Shown here piece by piece: positions 49,256 to 59,531 of a DNA stretch of 59,531 bases. Position numbers and translations under genes: made by a program. Each line of letters begins with the position of its first letter. The stretch's first letter is position 1. The notes beneath the pieces are model-generated. The model made no database searches. It had not been told where the DNA came from and was given only the letters and a program-made list of their open reading frames with translations. The stretch lies in contig NC_068985.1 of the NCBI RefSeq assembly GCF_001194135.2, forward strand, positions 17,417,707 through 17,477,237. The letters run 5' to 3'. The DNA is from Octopus bimaculoides. Lineage: Eukaryota.

Positions 49256-49529
49256 GGTAGGAGCTCTCTGAAATTGGCCCAACCTATGCTTATTCTAACA
49301 GCCTCACTCTTAGAACTTCCACCCCCACTACTGACTTGATCACCTAGGTAACAGAAGCTAGATGCAGGAGGAGAGAGTAAGTTGTGGCAAAGGATTCAAC
49401 GGAAGTTTACTTTTACCTTCTGCTAGAGTCACGTGGAGCTTAAGTGTTTCGCTCATAAACACACGCATTGCCCCTGGTCTGAGATTCAAACCCGTGAGCC
49501 CACTTCTCTTACCACTAGGCCATGTGTCT

Positions 49530-49576
<47 letters not shown>

Positions 49577-49744
49577 ATTTTTTTGTGTGAAGAGTACAGT
49601 AAAGTTTCCATCTACTAAATTCTACTGATAAGGTATTGGGCCAATTAGAGGCTATGATAGAAGACACTTCAAGGTGATGGTATTGAACCTGGAAACTATG
49701 GTTGCATAGTGAATTTCTTATCCGCTTGGCCATGTCAGTAAATA

Positions 49745-50125
49745 AAAGAGGATGACCAGGTGATTCTGCAGATCTTTTGTTTGTTTCACTCATTAGACTT
49801 TGGTCATACAAGAGCACTGCCTTGAAGAATTTTTAGTCAAATGAATTGACCCCAGTACTCTCTTTTTTTTAAGTCTGGTACTTCTATTGTCAGGCCTCTA
49901 AGTTATGGTGATGTAAACGCACAAACACCAGTTGTCAAGTGGTGGTGATAATAGACATGCACACTCACACACACACAAGCATATATACAACAGGATTCTT
50001 TCAGTTTCCATCTACTACATGCACTCTGAAGGCTTTGGTCAGTTTGAGGCTACGCCAAGGTGCTGTGCAGTGGGACTGAACTCAGAACCATTTGGTTGAG
50101 AAGCAAACTTTTTTATCACACAGCC
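49745..50125 (-). mobile_element. Family C SINE
   Basis: Diverged copy ending tcacacagccacacct. Confidence 0.8.
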
Positions 50126-50349
50126 ACACCTAGTTCAATTTTATGTAATAATCCCATAGAAAAGGCTAGACAAACCAACAAATACAAGAGATTTAGCCTT
50201 TTTAAGTTGATGATGTTCAATGCAGAAAATGTACAGTATTCAAAATATTTTATCAGAAATTAAAAAAAAAAAAGAAAAATCGATGATATAAAAAGATTCA
50301 ATGAATGATTGAAAATCTGTTAACTGATCAGACGATCCCAATATCCAAT

Positions 50350-50635
50350 ATGCTGTTCACTTCTACTACAACATTGAAATACTACATGGAACAAACTACC
50401 TGCATCAATTGTTAGTTGCTGAGACATCGCATCCTTTAAGACCTTCATGCTTCCTGAAATTCGTCAACACAACACCTGATATCCTCCCCTCCATACACAT
50501 GCATACATCTATATCATGACTCATATTCTGTTCACTTACCTGACATTTGTACATAATTCTATGCACCTTTGATGAGTTGTAGTGCACCTGAGCACTATAC
50601 ATAATAATTTCATTATTATTATATTATATTATTAG
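50350..50635 (+). mobile_element. CR1-like LINE 3' end
   Basis: About 85% similar by eye to 57190-57410 (catggaacaaactacctgcatc...gagcactatac..taatttcattatt). Confidence 0.85.
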
Positions 50636-50639
50636 TTTC

Positions 50640-51263
50640 AAAATTTTGGCACAAGGCCAGCATCTTTGGGGTAGGGGGTCAGTTGATTACATTGACCCCA
50701 GTGTTCAACTGGTACTTATTTTTTTGATCCTGATAGGATGAAAGACAAAGTTAACCTTGATGGAATTTGAACTCAGAGCATAAGGACAGATGAAATGTTG
50801 CAAAGTATTCTACCCAACATATTAACAGTTCTGCCAGCTTCCCACCTTTATCAAATTTTGGCACAAGGCCAGCAATTTCAATGGAGGAGGTAAGTTGATT
50901 ACATCGACCCCAGTCCTCACATGGTACTCATTTTATTGACCCAGAAAGAATGAAAGTCAACCTCAACAACATTTGAACTCAGAACATAGATGGACAAAAT
51001 TCTGCAAAGCATCTTGCCCAGCATGCTAATGGTTTTTCTAACTCATTGCCTTAAATACAGGAAATATTTATTTTTTTCTTGCCCACAGTGGGGGGCTAAA
51101 CATAGAAGGGAGAAACAAGGACAGACAAAGGGATTATGTCAATTACATCGACCCCAGTGTGTAAGTGGTACTTATTTAATCGACCCCGAAAGGAGGAAAG
51201 GCAAAGTCAACCTCAGCAGAATTTGAACTCAGAATGTAACGGCAGACATAAATACAAGAAATA
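50640..51263 (-). mobile_element. Three head-to-tail family B SINE copies
   Basis: Copies at about 50640-50848, 50850-51049 and 51070-51263, each with gaatttgaactcaga and ggatgaaag. Confidence 0.85.
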
Positions 51264-51821
51264 TTGGAATCTGTCAACAAGCAGAAAAACTACTTAAAAT
51301 GGTTAAAATTTAAGACTGCAAGACATTTTGGTGCTGACTACTTTACATCACTAATTCAACACTAATTTGATTTTAGGTATTTTAATGTTTCCCTCCCTCT
51401 CTCTCTTTCTGTCTATCTGTATTATATATATTTCTACATGCATGTGTGTACCTCTAGTGCCAAACAGTAGTCACCAAAAACAGACAATAGCCAGTCAGCC
51501 GTGCCAAATCATCAGCGTCCACATAGCTGTACCCAAGTGTCTCATTCGAAATAATTTAAACTACAAGCACATCATAGTTTCAGATCCCTTATTTTGAAGG
51601 TATGTTTTTTACCTTCTTAGTGTTACTTAATCTTAGAGGAAGACAGCGGAAGCCACACAGTCACAAACACACATATATATATGGAGAGAGAAAGAGAAGA
51701 GCTGTTATGAAATTGTCCTGGGTGTACAACAATCATGGAAGTCCCACATCTATGTCCCTGTGTCAACCATATGGTGAGCAATGTACCACTCTGATATATA
51801 TATATATACATAGGTACAGGT

Positions 51822-52192
51822 ATGGCTGTGTGATAAGAAGTTTGTTTCCCAACCTCATGGTTCCGGGTTCAGTCCCACTGCATGCCACCTTAGGCAAATG
51901 TCTTCTAACTATAGCTTCAGGCCAGCCAAAGCCTTGTGAATGTATTTGGTAGATGGAAACTGAAAGAAGCCCATAATATGTGTGTGTGTGTGTCTGCATT
52001 TGTCCCCCACCACCACTTGACAACCACTGTTTGTGTGTATATGTCCCCATGACTTAACAGTTCAGCAAAACAGACTGATAGAATAAGTACTAGGCTTTAA
52101 AAAGTATCAAGGTTGATGCGTTCAACTAAAATTTTTCAAGGTGGTGCTCCAGAATGGCCACAGTCTAAATGACTGAAACAAGTAAAAGAAGA
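51822..52192 (+). mobile_element. Family C SINE, full length
   Basis: tggctgtgtgataagaag head to gactgaaacaagtaaaag tail. Confidence 0.88.
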
Positions 52193-52199
52193 TATATAT

Positions 52200-52332
52200 G
52201 ACAGGCTTGTCTCAGTATCTGTCTACCAAATCCACTCACAAGGCTTTGGTCAGCCTGAGACTATAATAGAAGACACTTGCCCAAGGTGCCACACAGTGGA
52301 ACTGAACCTGGAACCATGTGGCTGGTAAGCAA
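52200..52332 (-). mobile_element. Family C SINE head, inverted relative to the adjacent copy
   Basis: ctaccaaatccactcacaaggctttgg...ttaccacacagccat. Confidence 0.85.
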
Positions 52333-52689
52333 GCTACTTACCACACAGCCATTCCTGAATCATAAGTATATTTTTTCTTAACTAAATCATTGCTTTACAA
52401 ATTTCTTAAAATATTTAGTTTTTGTACTAAATATCAATCTTGGCTGCGTGGCTAAGAAGCTTGCTTTGTAACTATATGATTTTGGGTTCAGTCCCACCGC
52501 ACAGTATATTTGATGTCTCCTATTATAGCCCCAGGCTAGTCAATGCCTTGTGAGAGAATTTGATAAATGGAACCTATTTGGAAGCTCATTGTATACATAT
52601 ACACATGCACACTCACACATATGTTGTGTGTTCATGTGTAACCCATGCCAGCATGGAGAATGGATGTTAAACGATGAGGATGATGTGCA

Positions 52690-53280
52690 GGCATGGCTCT
52701 GTGATAAGAAGCTTGCTTCCCAACCACTTGGTTCCAGTTTAGTCCCACTGCATGGTACCTTTGGCCCCAGGCCAACCAAAGCCTTGTGAATGGATTTGGG
52801 AGATGGAAATTGAAAAAAGCCATTTGTGTATACATATATGTGTGTGTGTGTGTTTGTCTCCCACCACTTCTTAAAAACTGGTATTGGTGTGTTTACATCC
52901 CCATAACTTAGCAGTTTGGCAAAATAGACTGATAGAATAAGTACCAAGCTTAAAAAACAATAAGTTCTGAGGTTGATTCATTCGACTAAAAATCTTTCAG
53001 GGTGGTGCCCCAGCATGGCCGTGAATAAAAATCCTTTAAGGTGGTGCCCCAGCATGGCTGTGACTAAAAATCCTTCAAGGTAGTGCCCCAGCATGGCCGC
53101 GACTAAAAATCCTTCAAGGTGGTGCCCCAGCATGGCCGCGACTAAAAATCCTTCAAGGTAGTGCCCCAGCATGGCCGCAACTAAAAATCCTTCAAGGTGA
53201 TGCCCCAGCATGGCCGCAACTAAGAATTCTTCAAGGTGGTGCCCCAGCATGGCCGTAGTCCAATGAATGAAACAAGAAAA
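52690..53280 (+). mobile_element. Family C SINE with internal tandem amplification
   Basis: Normal head and body, then seven copies of a 39-bp tail segment. Confidence 0.88.
52984..53256. repeat. Minisatellite, 7 x 39 bp
   Basis: Unit gactaaaaatccttcaaggtggtgccccagcatggccgc; 0-4 substitutions per unit, no spacers. Confidence 0.95.
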
Positions 53281-53694
53281 AGGTTAAAGAGAAATTGTAT
53301 ATCATTTAATATATTAAGTAAAACCCTCATAAATTGTAATGTAGTGTTTTGAATTGTTAAAAACATCTTGTTTGTATTATAGTGGGGTTTTTTTTCAGAA
53401 AAGTTATATTGTTCAAGAGTTATGTAACATGATATCTTTCTAGATAGCATTTGAAATTGGGTTCAAAATGATTCCTCGAGAAATCTGCTAACAAAACAGG
53501 TCAAGAGACAGTCTGTTAGTAGATAAGAAACAGCATCATCATAAACAAGGTGGCTGCAGAAAGCTATTTAGAGTAGGATGTGCCATTCCTAAGCATTTAA
53601 CAGCAACCAGCAATAAAATTTTCTCATCGACTACACATTTTATTTTCTAAGTTCTGTTTAAAAAAACATTCAACTAAATAACTAAATAGGTACA

Positions 53695-54070
53695 AGGCGT
53701 GGTTTTGTAGTGAAAAGTTTGCTTCCCAACCACATGGTTCCAGGTTCAGTCCCACTGCATAACACCTTGGGTAAGTGTCATTTGCTATAGCCTTGGACCA
53801 ACCAAAGCCTTGTGGATGAACTTGGCAGATGGAAACTGAAAGAAGCCCATCATATATATGTGTGTGTATGTGTCTTTGTGTATGTGTTTGTTTTCCACCA
53901 CTGTTTCACAACCGGTGTTGGTGTGTTTACATCCCATTAGCTTAAAAGACTGATAGAATAAGTACCAGACTTTACAAATAGTAAGTAATGAAGTTGATAC
54001 ATTCTATTAAAGATTCTTCAAGGCAGTGCCCCAGCATGGCCGCAGTTTAATGACCGAAGCAAGTAAGATA
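53695..54070 (+). mobile_element. Family C SINE
   Basis: aagtttgcttcccaaccacatggttccaggttcagtcccactgc...gtgccccagcatggccgcag. Confidence 0.85.
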
Positions 54071-54299
54071 AAGAACATAAAAGATAAATTGTACTAGGCA
54101 CAGATATAGAAGCTCACTATGTAACCACATGATCCCAGGTTCAATTCTACTCCACTTCTCCAGGGACAAATGCATTTCCTGTGTGTTGACTGATTCCAGG
54201 ATTTCAATGTTGAGGTGGGAGTAGACAATATATTGGACATAGGGAATAGCTGATCTGAGTTAAGGAACTTTCAAGAAATGTAAGATGTTGATGCAGATA

Positions 54300-54500
54300 C
54301 CGATGTCACGCAAATGGCACCCATATCGGTGGCATGTAAAAACACCTATTACACTCTTAGAGTGGTTGGTGTTAGGAAGGACATCCAGCCGTAGAAAACC
54401 ATGCCAAATCAGACTGGATCCTGGTGCAGCCTTCCTGCGTGTCAGCCTAGTCAAACTGTCCAACCCATACCAGCAGGACAACAGACGTTAAATGATGATG
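54300..54500 (+). mobile_element. Family D retroelement 3' end
   Basis: ggtggcatgtaaaaacacc...gttaggaaggacatccagccgtagaaa...gacgttaaatgatgatga. Confidence 0.82.
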
Positions 54501-54783
54501 ATTTAGATTCTGGGATCCAGTTAATGTTTGTATGATGAAGACATTAACATTGTCTCTGTTAATGATAACTAACTTGCTATACCAATGTTTCTACTTGGTA
54601 CTTAGTGAACAAGCTATGGAAGTGTAGTAGTTTAATGAGGAGACAATGCCTGTAACTTATGCAGGCCCTTAGAGATTGGTATGATCAATGCAATTGATGT
54701 AAAGTTTGATCAGAAACAAGGAAGTATTGGCAGTGACCTAAGATTCACTGATTGGTTGATGGAAACTAAGTCCATTATGTGTG

Positions 54784-54793
54784 NNNNNNNNNN
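54784..54793. other. Assembly gap (10 N)
   Basis: N run within (TG)n sequence. Confidence 1.
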
Positions 54794-55541
54794 ATGTGTG
54801 TTTCTGTAGACTGGTGTAAAGCAATGTAGCAAATTATAAGCCTTTATATCGAAGGGTAACTTAGGCATTTGATAAACGGAGATTGATGAAATTTAGGCCA
54901 AATTGAAATAAGTATGGAAGGATTGGTCATGGGTTTGAATGATCAGAACTGACTGAGGGATAAATAACACCTGTCTATACATTAGTAATCATATCAGTGG
55001 TGTAGTAAAGGTTCTTAACACCCAGGGGCAAAAACACAATTGCTTCTCTCACATTAATTAACTGATTTGATAAGCAAGAGAAAAGTTTGCTCCCTTTCAC
55101 ATTTTTGCCTAGGGGTGACTGCCTGATCCCCAACACACTCTGGCAACACCTCTCCATATCTTCCTGGAAAAAAAATGTTCAGATAGACAATGTAAAAAGT
55201 TTATATTATGATTCTGGCATGCATTTAATGTTTGATGATGACATTAATGTTATCCCTGTTAATGCCCTCGTGAGCTTTTTATCAGAATCTTCTCTGTTGC
55301 AAACATGAAAACCTGGTCTCTAGCAAGAAGAGAACTTGAACTCTTGATGAGCTGCTTCTTATCACAGCAACCCATGAATTGTCTTTTTCTTTCCCCAACC
55401 AGTCCTGAAGGCCCTGCAAAAGGATTATAGGTGCTACCTTTCCTTCTCTATATAAACAAAAAAAATGAAGACTACAGAAATTATGTGTTCCCTTTTTTAT
55501 AATTCTCGATGAGGCATTTATATATCTGCTAAGTGCCATGA

Positions 55542-55906
55542 GAGTGGAGGCGCAATGGCCCAGTGGTCAGGGCAGCGGACTCGCAGTCATAGGATCACGG
55601 TTTCAATTCCCAGACTGGGTGTTGTGAGTGTTTATTGAGTGAGAGGCTCCGGCAGGGGATGGTGGTGAACCCTGCTGTACTCTTTCACCACAACTTTCTC
55701 TCACACTTACTTCCTGTTTTTGTTGTGCCTGTAATTCAAAGGGTCAGCCTTGTCACACTGTGTCATGCTGAATATCCCTGAGAACTACATTAAGGGTACA
55801 TGTGTCTGTGGAGTGCTCAGCCACTTGCATGTTAATTTCACAAGCAGGCTGTTCCGTTGATCGGATCAACTGGAACCCTCGACATCGTAAGCGACAGAGT
55901 GCCAAC
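55542..55906 (+). mobile_element. Family A SINE (small internal deletion)
   Basis: TSD ctaagtgccatga at 55529-55541 and 55907-55919. Confidence 0.92.
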
Positions 55907-56529
55907 CTAAGTGCCATGACAAGCTCTTTCTTCAAATTTTCAAAAGGCAAATATTGTGTGTATTAGATAGATTACAGGAATAATAATTCAGTGTATTTAT
56001 TTATTTTGAAATGTGCTAACACATAGAATAGCAGTGGAACTTTGGTTGTTCTGTCACAGCATAATGGCCCAGGAACAGTGAAAGCAGAATGTTCAAGCAC
56101 ACCCACTAAAATTGTTCACCAATGCACCGTTCTTCTGAAAGAATCACGAAGGCAAACAAGCATAGAAACATTTTGGGGCTGATTTGAAACATTTCTTTTC
56201 CATTATTGGATTTATCTGAACTGACTGGTGTACAAATATAATCACTATACCTATGTTGAGTAAGTAGATGTAAGACAAAAAGAGATGATCAAATTGGTGG
56301 TGGAGTTTGGATGAATTTAGAGTTTGTAAAGGTAGTATATGAATTTAGAGGATTGAGGAAGGGAGTATTTGAGCCAGAGTAACTAGAAGTCCTTGTTGCT
56401 GACATCTATGCATGAGATATTAATAGTGACAAGAGGGGATTCTACATTTCCACCTTCCAAAATGAAATTTGAATACAGAGTGCAGAGATGACTTAATGAT
56501 AAAGGATAGATTTGTCTGGGAGAAGGAAC

Positions 56530-57410
56530 AAGATGTATGGTTTGTACATTGTAGGTGATGTATGAGAGTCCAGATTGAATCAGACTCAAGCTGGCTGTAG
56601 ACAAGTGTACCACCATGCATTTTGGGAGGAAAAACACACTGTCCACATACTCTTTCTATAACATTGATATCAAGAAGTCTTCTTGTGGACATGACCTGGG
56701 CATTGCTGTCAGCAGCGATTTGTGCTGGACAAAGCACATCTCTAAAATTGTCAAGAAGGCTGGAAGTGTCTTGGCATCACTCAGCAAGACCTTTGGCAGC
56801 CGCTCTCCAGCTATCTATTTAAGGTTGTATATGGCTATGATGCAGCCACACTTGGAATTAGCATCACCAGTCTGGAGCCCCTACCTGGCTCAGGACATTG
56901 ACCTCCTGGAAACTGTTCAGAGACATGCAACCAAGCAAATACCCTCCATCAGGCATCTGCCATACTTTGAACATCTTGTTTCTCTGGGTATAGATACATT
57001 GAAGCTCCAACGTCTGGCAACTGACTTGGTAAGCACACACAAAATTATTAACCATCGTGCCAACAACCACCTTGAACACCTTTTTGAGCTCCATGTGTCT
57101 AACACACGTGGGCATACATACCTACAAAGTCAGAAAACAATACAGCCCCCATGACTTTCAGAAACATTTTTTCATACTCAGAGTTGCTGAAGCATGGAAC
57201 AAACTACCTGCATCAGCTGTTAGTTGCCAAGCCATTGCATCCTTTAAAACCTCCATGCTTCCTGAAATTCGCCAACACTACACCTGATATTGCTCCCTCC
57301 ATATGCATGCACACATGTATATCATGGCTCATATACTGTTCACTTTCCTGACATTTGCACTTTTGATGAGCTGTAGTGCACGTGAGCACTATACACAATA
57401 ATTTCATTAT
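56530..57410 (+). mobile_element. 5'-truncated CR1-clade LINE (RT C-terminus and 3' UTR)
   Basis: DKC..MHFGRKN...DLGIAVSSDL.W.KHI...PHLE.ASPVWSPY...DIDLLE.VQR.ATK...KHFF..RV.EAWN.LP; frameshifted. Confidence 0.92.
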
Positions 57411-57419
57411 TGTTCTTAT

Positions 57420-57635
57420 AAAGGTGGTGAGCTGGCAGAATCGTTAGCATGCTGCACAAAATGCTTAAGCAGTATTTCGCCTATCTTTACGTTCTGAGTT
57501 CAAATACTACCAGGGTCAACTTTGCCCTTCATCCTTTTGGGGTTGGTAAATTAAGTACCAGTTACACACAAAGGTCGATGTGATCAACTGGTCCCCTACC
57601 CCAAAATTTCAGGCCTTGTGCCTATAGTAGAAAGG

Positions 57636-57682
<47 letters not shown>
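57420..57682 (+). mobile_element. Family B SINE followed by (TTA)n
   Basis: ggtggtgagctggcagaatcgttagc...ggccttgtgcctatagtagaaaggattattatt. Confidence 0.88.
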
Positions 57683-57684
<2 letters not shown>

Positions 57685-58752
57685 TGTTTTTAAATGTTCA
57701 TCAAAATGGTGGAATTCACCAGCAGATTTAACATTACTTCATATTTCAGATTTTCACATAGTATTTGATTTTGGTTTCGTTTGATTTGGTAACAGATGGT
57801 GAATAGCAGTCCTTGATTTCTGGGTTGTCACCAGCCGTTATGCTGATCTCTGTTTGTAAGTAGCCCAGCTAGAGGCTTGTAGGTACAGACATGCTTCTCA
57901 AAATGCTATACTTATAGGAGAACCAGCCATGTGGGTTGGGAGAATAGAATACAGAATCATGTGCCATCTGGTAGAACAGCTTCCTGAGACATTCTTCTTG
58001 TATTATATGGCAGCAAGCCTTTGCACCTGCACTCTCAGCAAACAATGGTACAATGCATAAATATTGTGGAAATCAGCTGAAGGAATCATGATATCTGCCT
58101 GGCTCGAATTTTTGCAATAGAATGAACTCTGCTAAAGACCCAAAAATTCTAAGGAACTTGTATTAAACTTTGTGGACTTTATGACTGCTCAGTTAACCAT
58201 AGTTTAGTCAACATTTCTATGGAATTGAATATAACAGTTGGAGGCCTTGGCAAAGTGTTGAGAAAGAGAATCAGATGTAAATAGGTTTCGGTTCTAATAA
58301 TGAAGAATTCTTTGATGCACCCCCATCTTGTCCTTTTTTTTTCTGCCAAAATATTTAACGGTTACACATTTGTTCAGCAGAAGTTTCTGAGGAATCCATT
58401 AAAAAAATTTGTGTTTCCATGAATTTAGGCTGACAACTAGTTTCCTTAACTCATTTCAGTACCAACTGAGATCATCTGTACTAAATTATTCATATTTGAT
58501 TGAAATCTCAATCAAAATCTCAATATAACATTAATGGTTCTTCTACCCCCCTTTGTTTCTACTTGCCTTGTATCTTGAGGTCCACATAGACACCTCATCA
58601 CTACTATTTCATTTCAGTTGCCCCCTACCTGACCCTCTCTTTTAAAATGCAAATAACCATGTCTCTCCTCTATGGTTATCAATCTGCTCTGCTGTGGCCC
58701 CTTCTCCCATACTTTAATTTCAGTTTGTTAACACCAACATAAATATACTGAT

Positions 58753-59140
58753 GGAGGCACAATGGCCCAGTGGTTAGGGCAGCGGACTCGTGGTCATAGG
58801 ATCACGGTTTCGATTCCCAGACCGGGCATTGTGAGTGTTTATTGAGTGAAAACACCTTAAGCTCCACGAGGCTCCGGCAGGGGATGGTGGCGAACCCTGC
58901 TGTACTCTTTCACTACAACTTTCTCTCACTCTTACTTCCTGTTTCTGTTGTGCCCGTAATTCAAAGTGTCAGCCTTGTCACACTGTGTCACGCTGAATAT
59001 CCCCGAACTACATTAAGGGTACACGTGTCTGTGGAGTGCTCAGCCACTTGCACGTTAATTTCACGAGCAGGCTATTCCATTGATCGGATCAACAGGAACC
59101 CTCGACGTCGTCAGCGACAGAGTGCCAACAACAAAAAACA
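58753..59140 (+). mobile_element. Family A SINE, full length
   Basis: TSD aaatatactgat at 58741-58752 and 59141-59152. Confidence 0.93.
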
Positions 59141-59531
59141 AAATATACTGATATATAAAATTTAGGAATGTCATTCTAAACTTCTCCACAAATCTTAATT
59201 ACAATGAAAATTAATTGAAACACAAAGTTTACTCATTAGAAATATTGTTATGAAAGAGTTAAGGCTATATTGGTTAGAAGCTTTATATAGACTTAGACAT
59301 TAACACAACCAGTGTGTCTTAAGTGTGAAGGTCATTGTCTAATTATTCTCCAAAACAAGTTGCTGAGTACTTTCCCACAGTATAAAACCTTTTATGCTCC
59401 TACTCTGCTCTTTCTTCTTTCAGGTTAACTTTCTCTTTAGCAATGTTTCAAATATTCTCAGAATAAATAAATAGATAAATATATAAAAATATAATAAAAT
59501 GAAATAAACAAAAGGATTAGAAGAGTTGTCA

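Noticed and set aside
52984-53256. 39-bp repeats as a CRISPR array, or the 13-aa repeat ORF (MLGHHLEGFLVAA)n as a protein
   Set aside because: No spacers, eukaryotic context, and the unit is a SINE tail segment. The ORF is open only because 39 is divisible by 3.
54975-55157. Penelope-like RT remnant (also 5343-5531 and 21560-21760)
   Set aside because: Similarity is limited to a few residues and cannot be supported without a profile search.
12003-59140. All four full-length family A SINEs on the plus strand, as a sign of a host transcription bias
   Set aside because: Four copies is too few to be significant, and the other families occur in both orientations.

Overview
This is AT-rich animal genomic DNA full of microsatellites and repeats. 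The tRNA-derived SINE families, (GAT)n-tailed elements and Nova/ARV1 sequences suggest an octopus or other coleoid cephalopod; this is an inference, as no database search was possible. Two intact protein-coding genes sit head-to-head near the middle, and both have intronless coding sequences. They are ARV1 (27181-27921, minus) and a three-KH Nova/pasilla-family RNA-binding protein (31339-33009, plus). The flanks (1-25.9 kb and 48-59.5 kb) are dense with decayed mobile elements: several SINE families, RTE, CR1-like and R4/Dong LINE fragments, mariner and DD37D Tc1-like fragments, a MITE and a Helitron fragment. In contrast, about 12.8 kb downstream of the Nova gene (35.1-48.0 kb) has no recognisable young repeat. 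The most interesting candidate system is an intronless Nova copy with no N-terminal basic NLS-like motif, an Asn/Gly-rich linker and a uORF-loaded leader. A possibly very long, repeat-free 3' UTR carrying YCAY (Nova-site) clusters follows it. Two 10-N assembly gaps are present. All alignments and counts were done by eye, and repeat boundaries are approximate.
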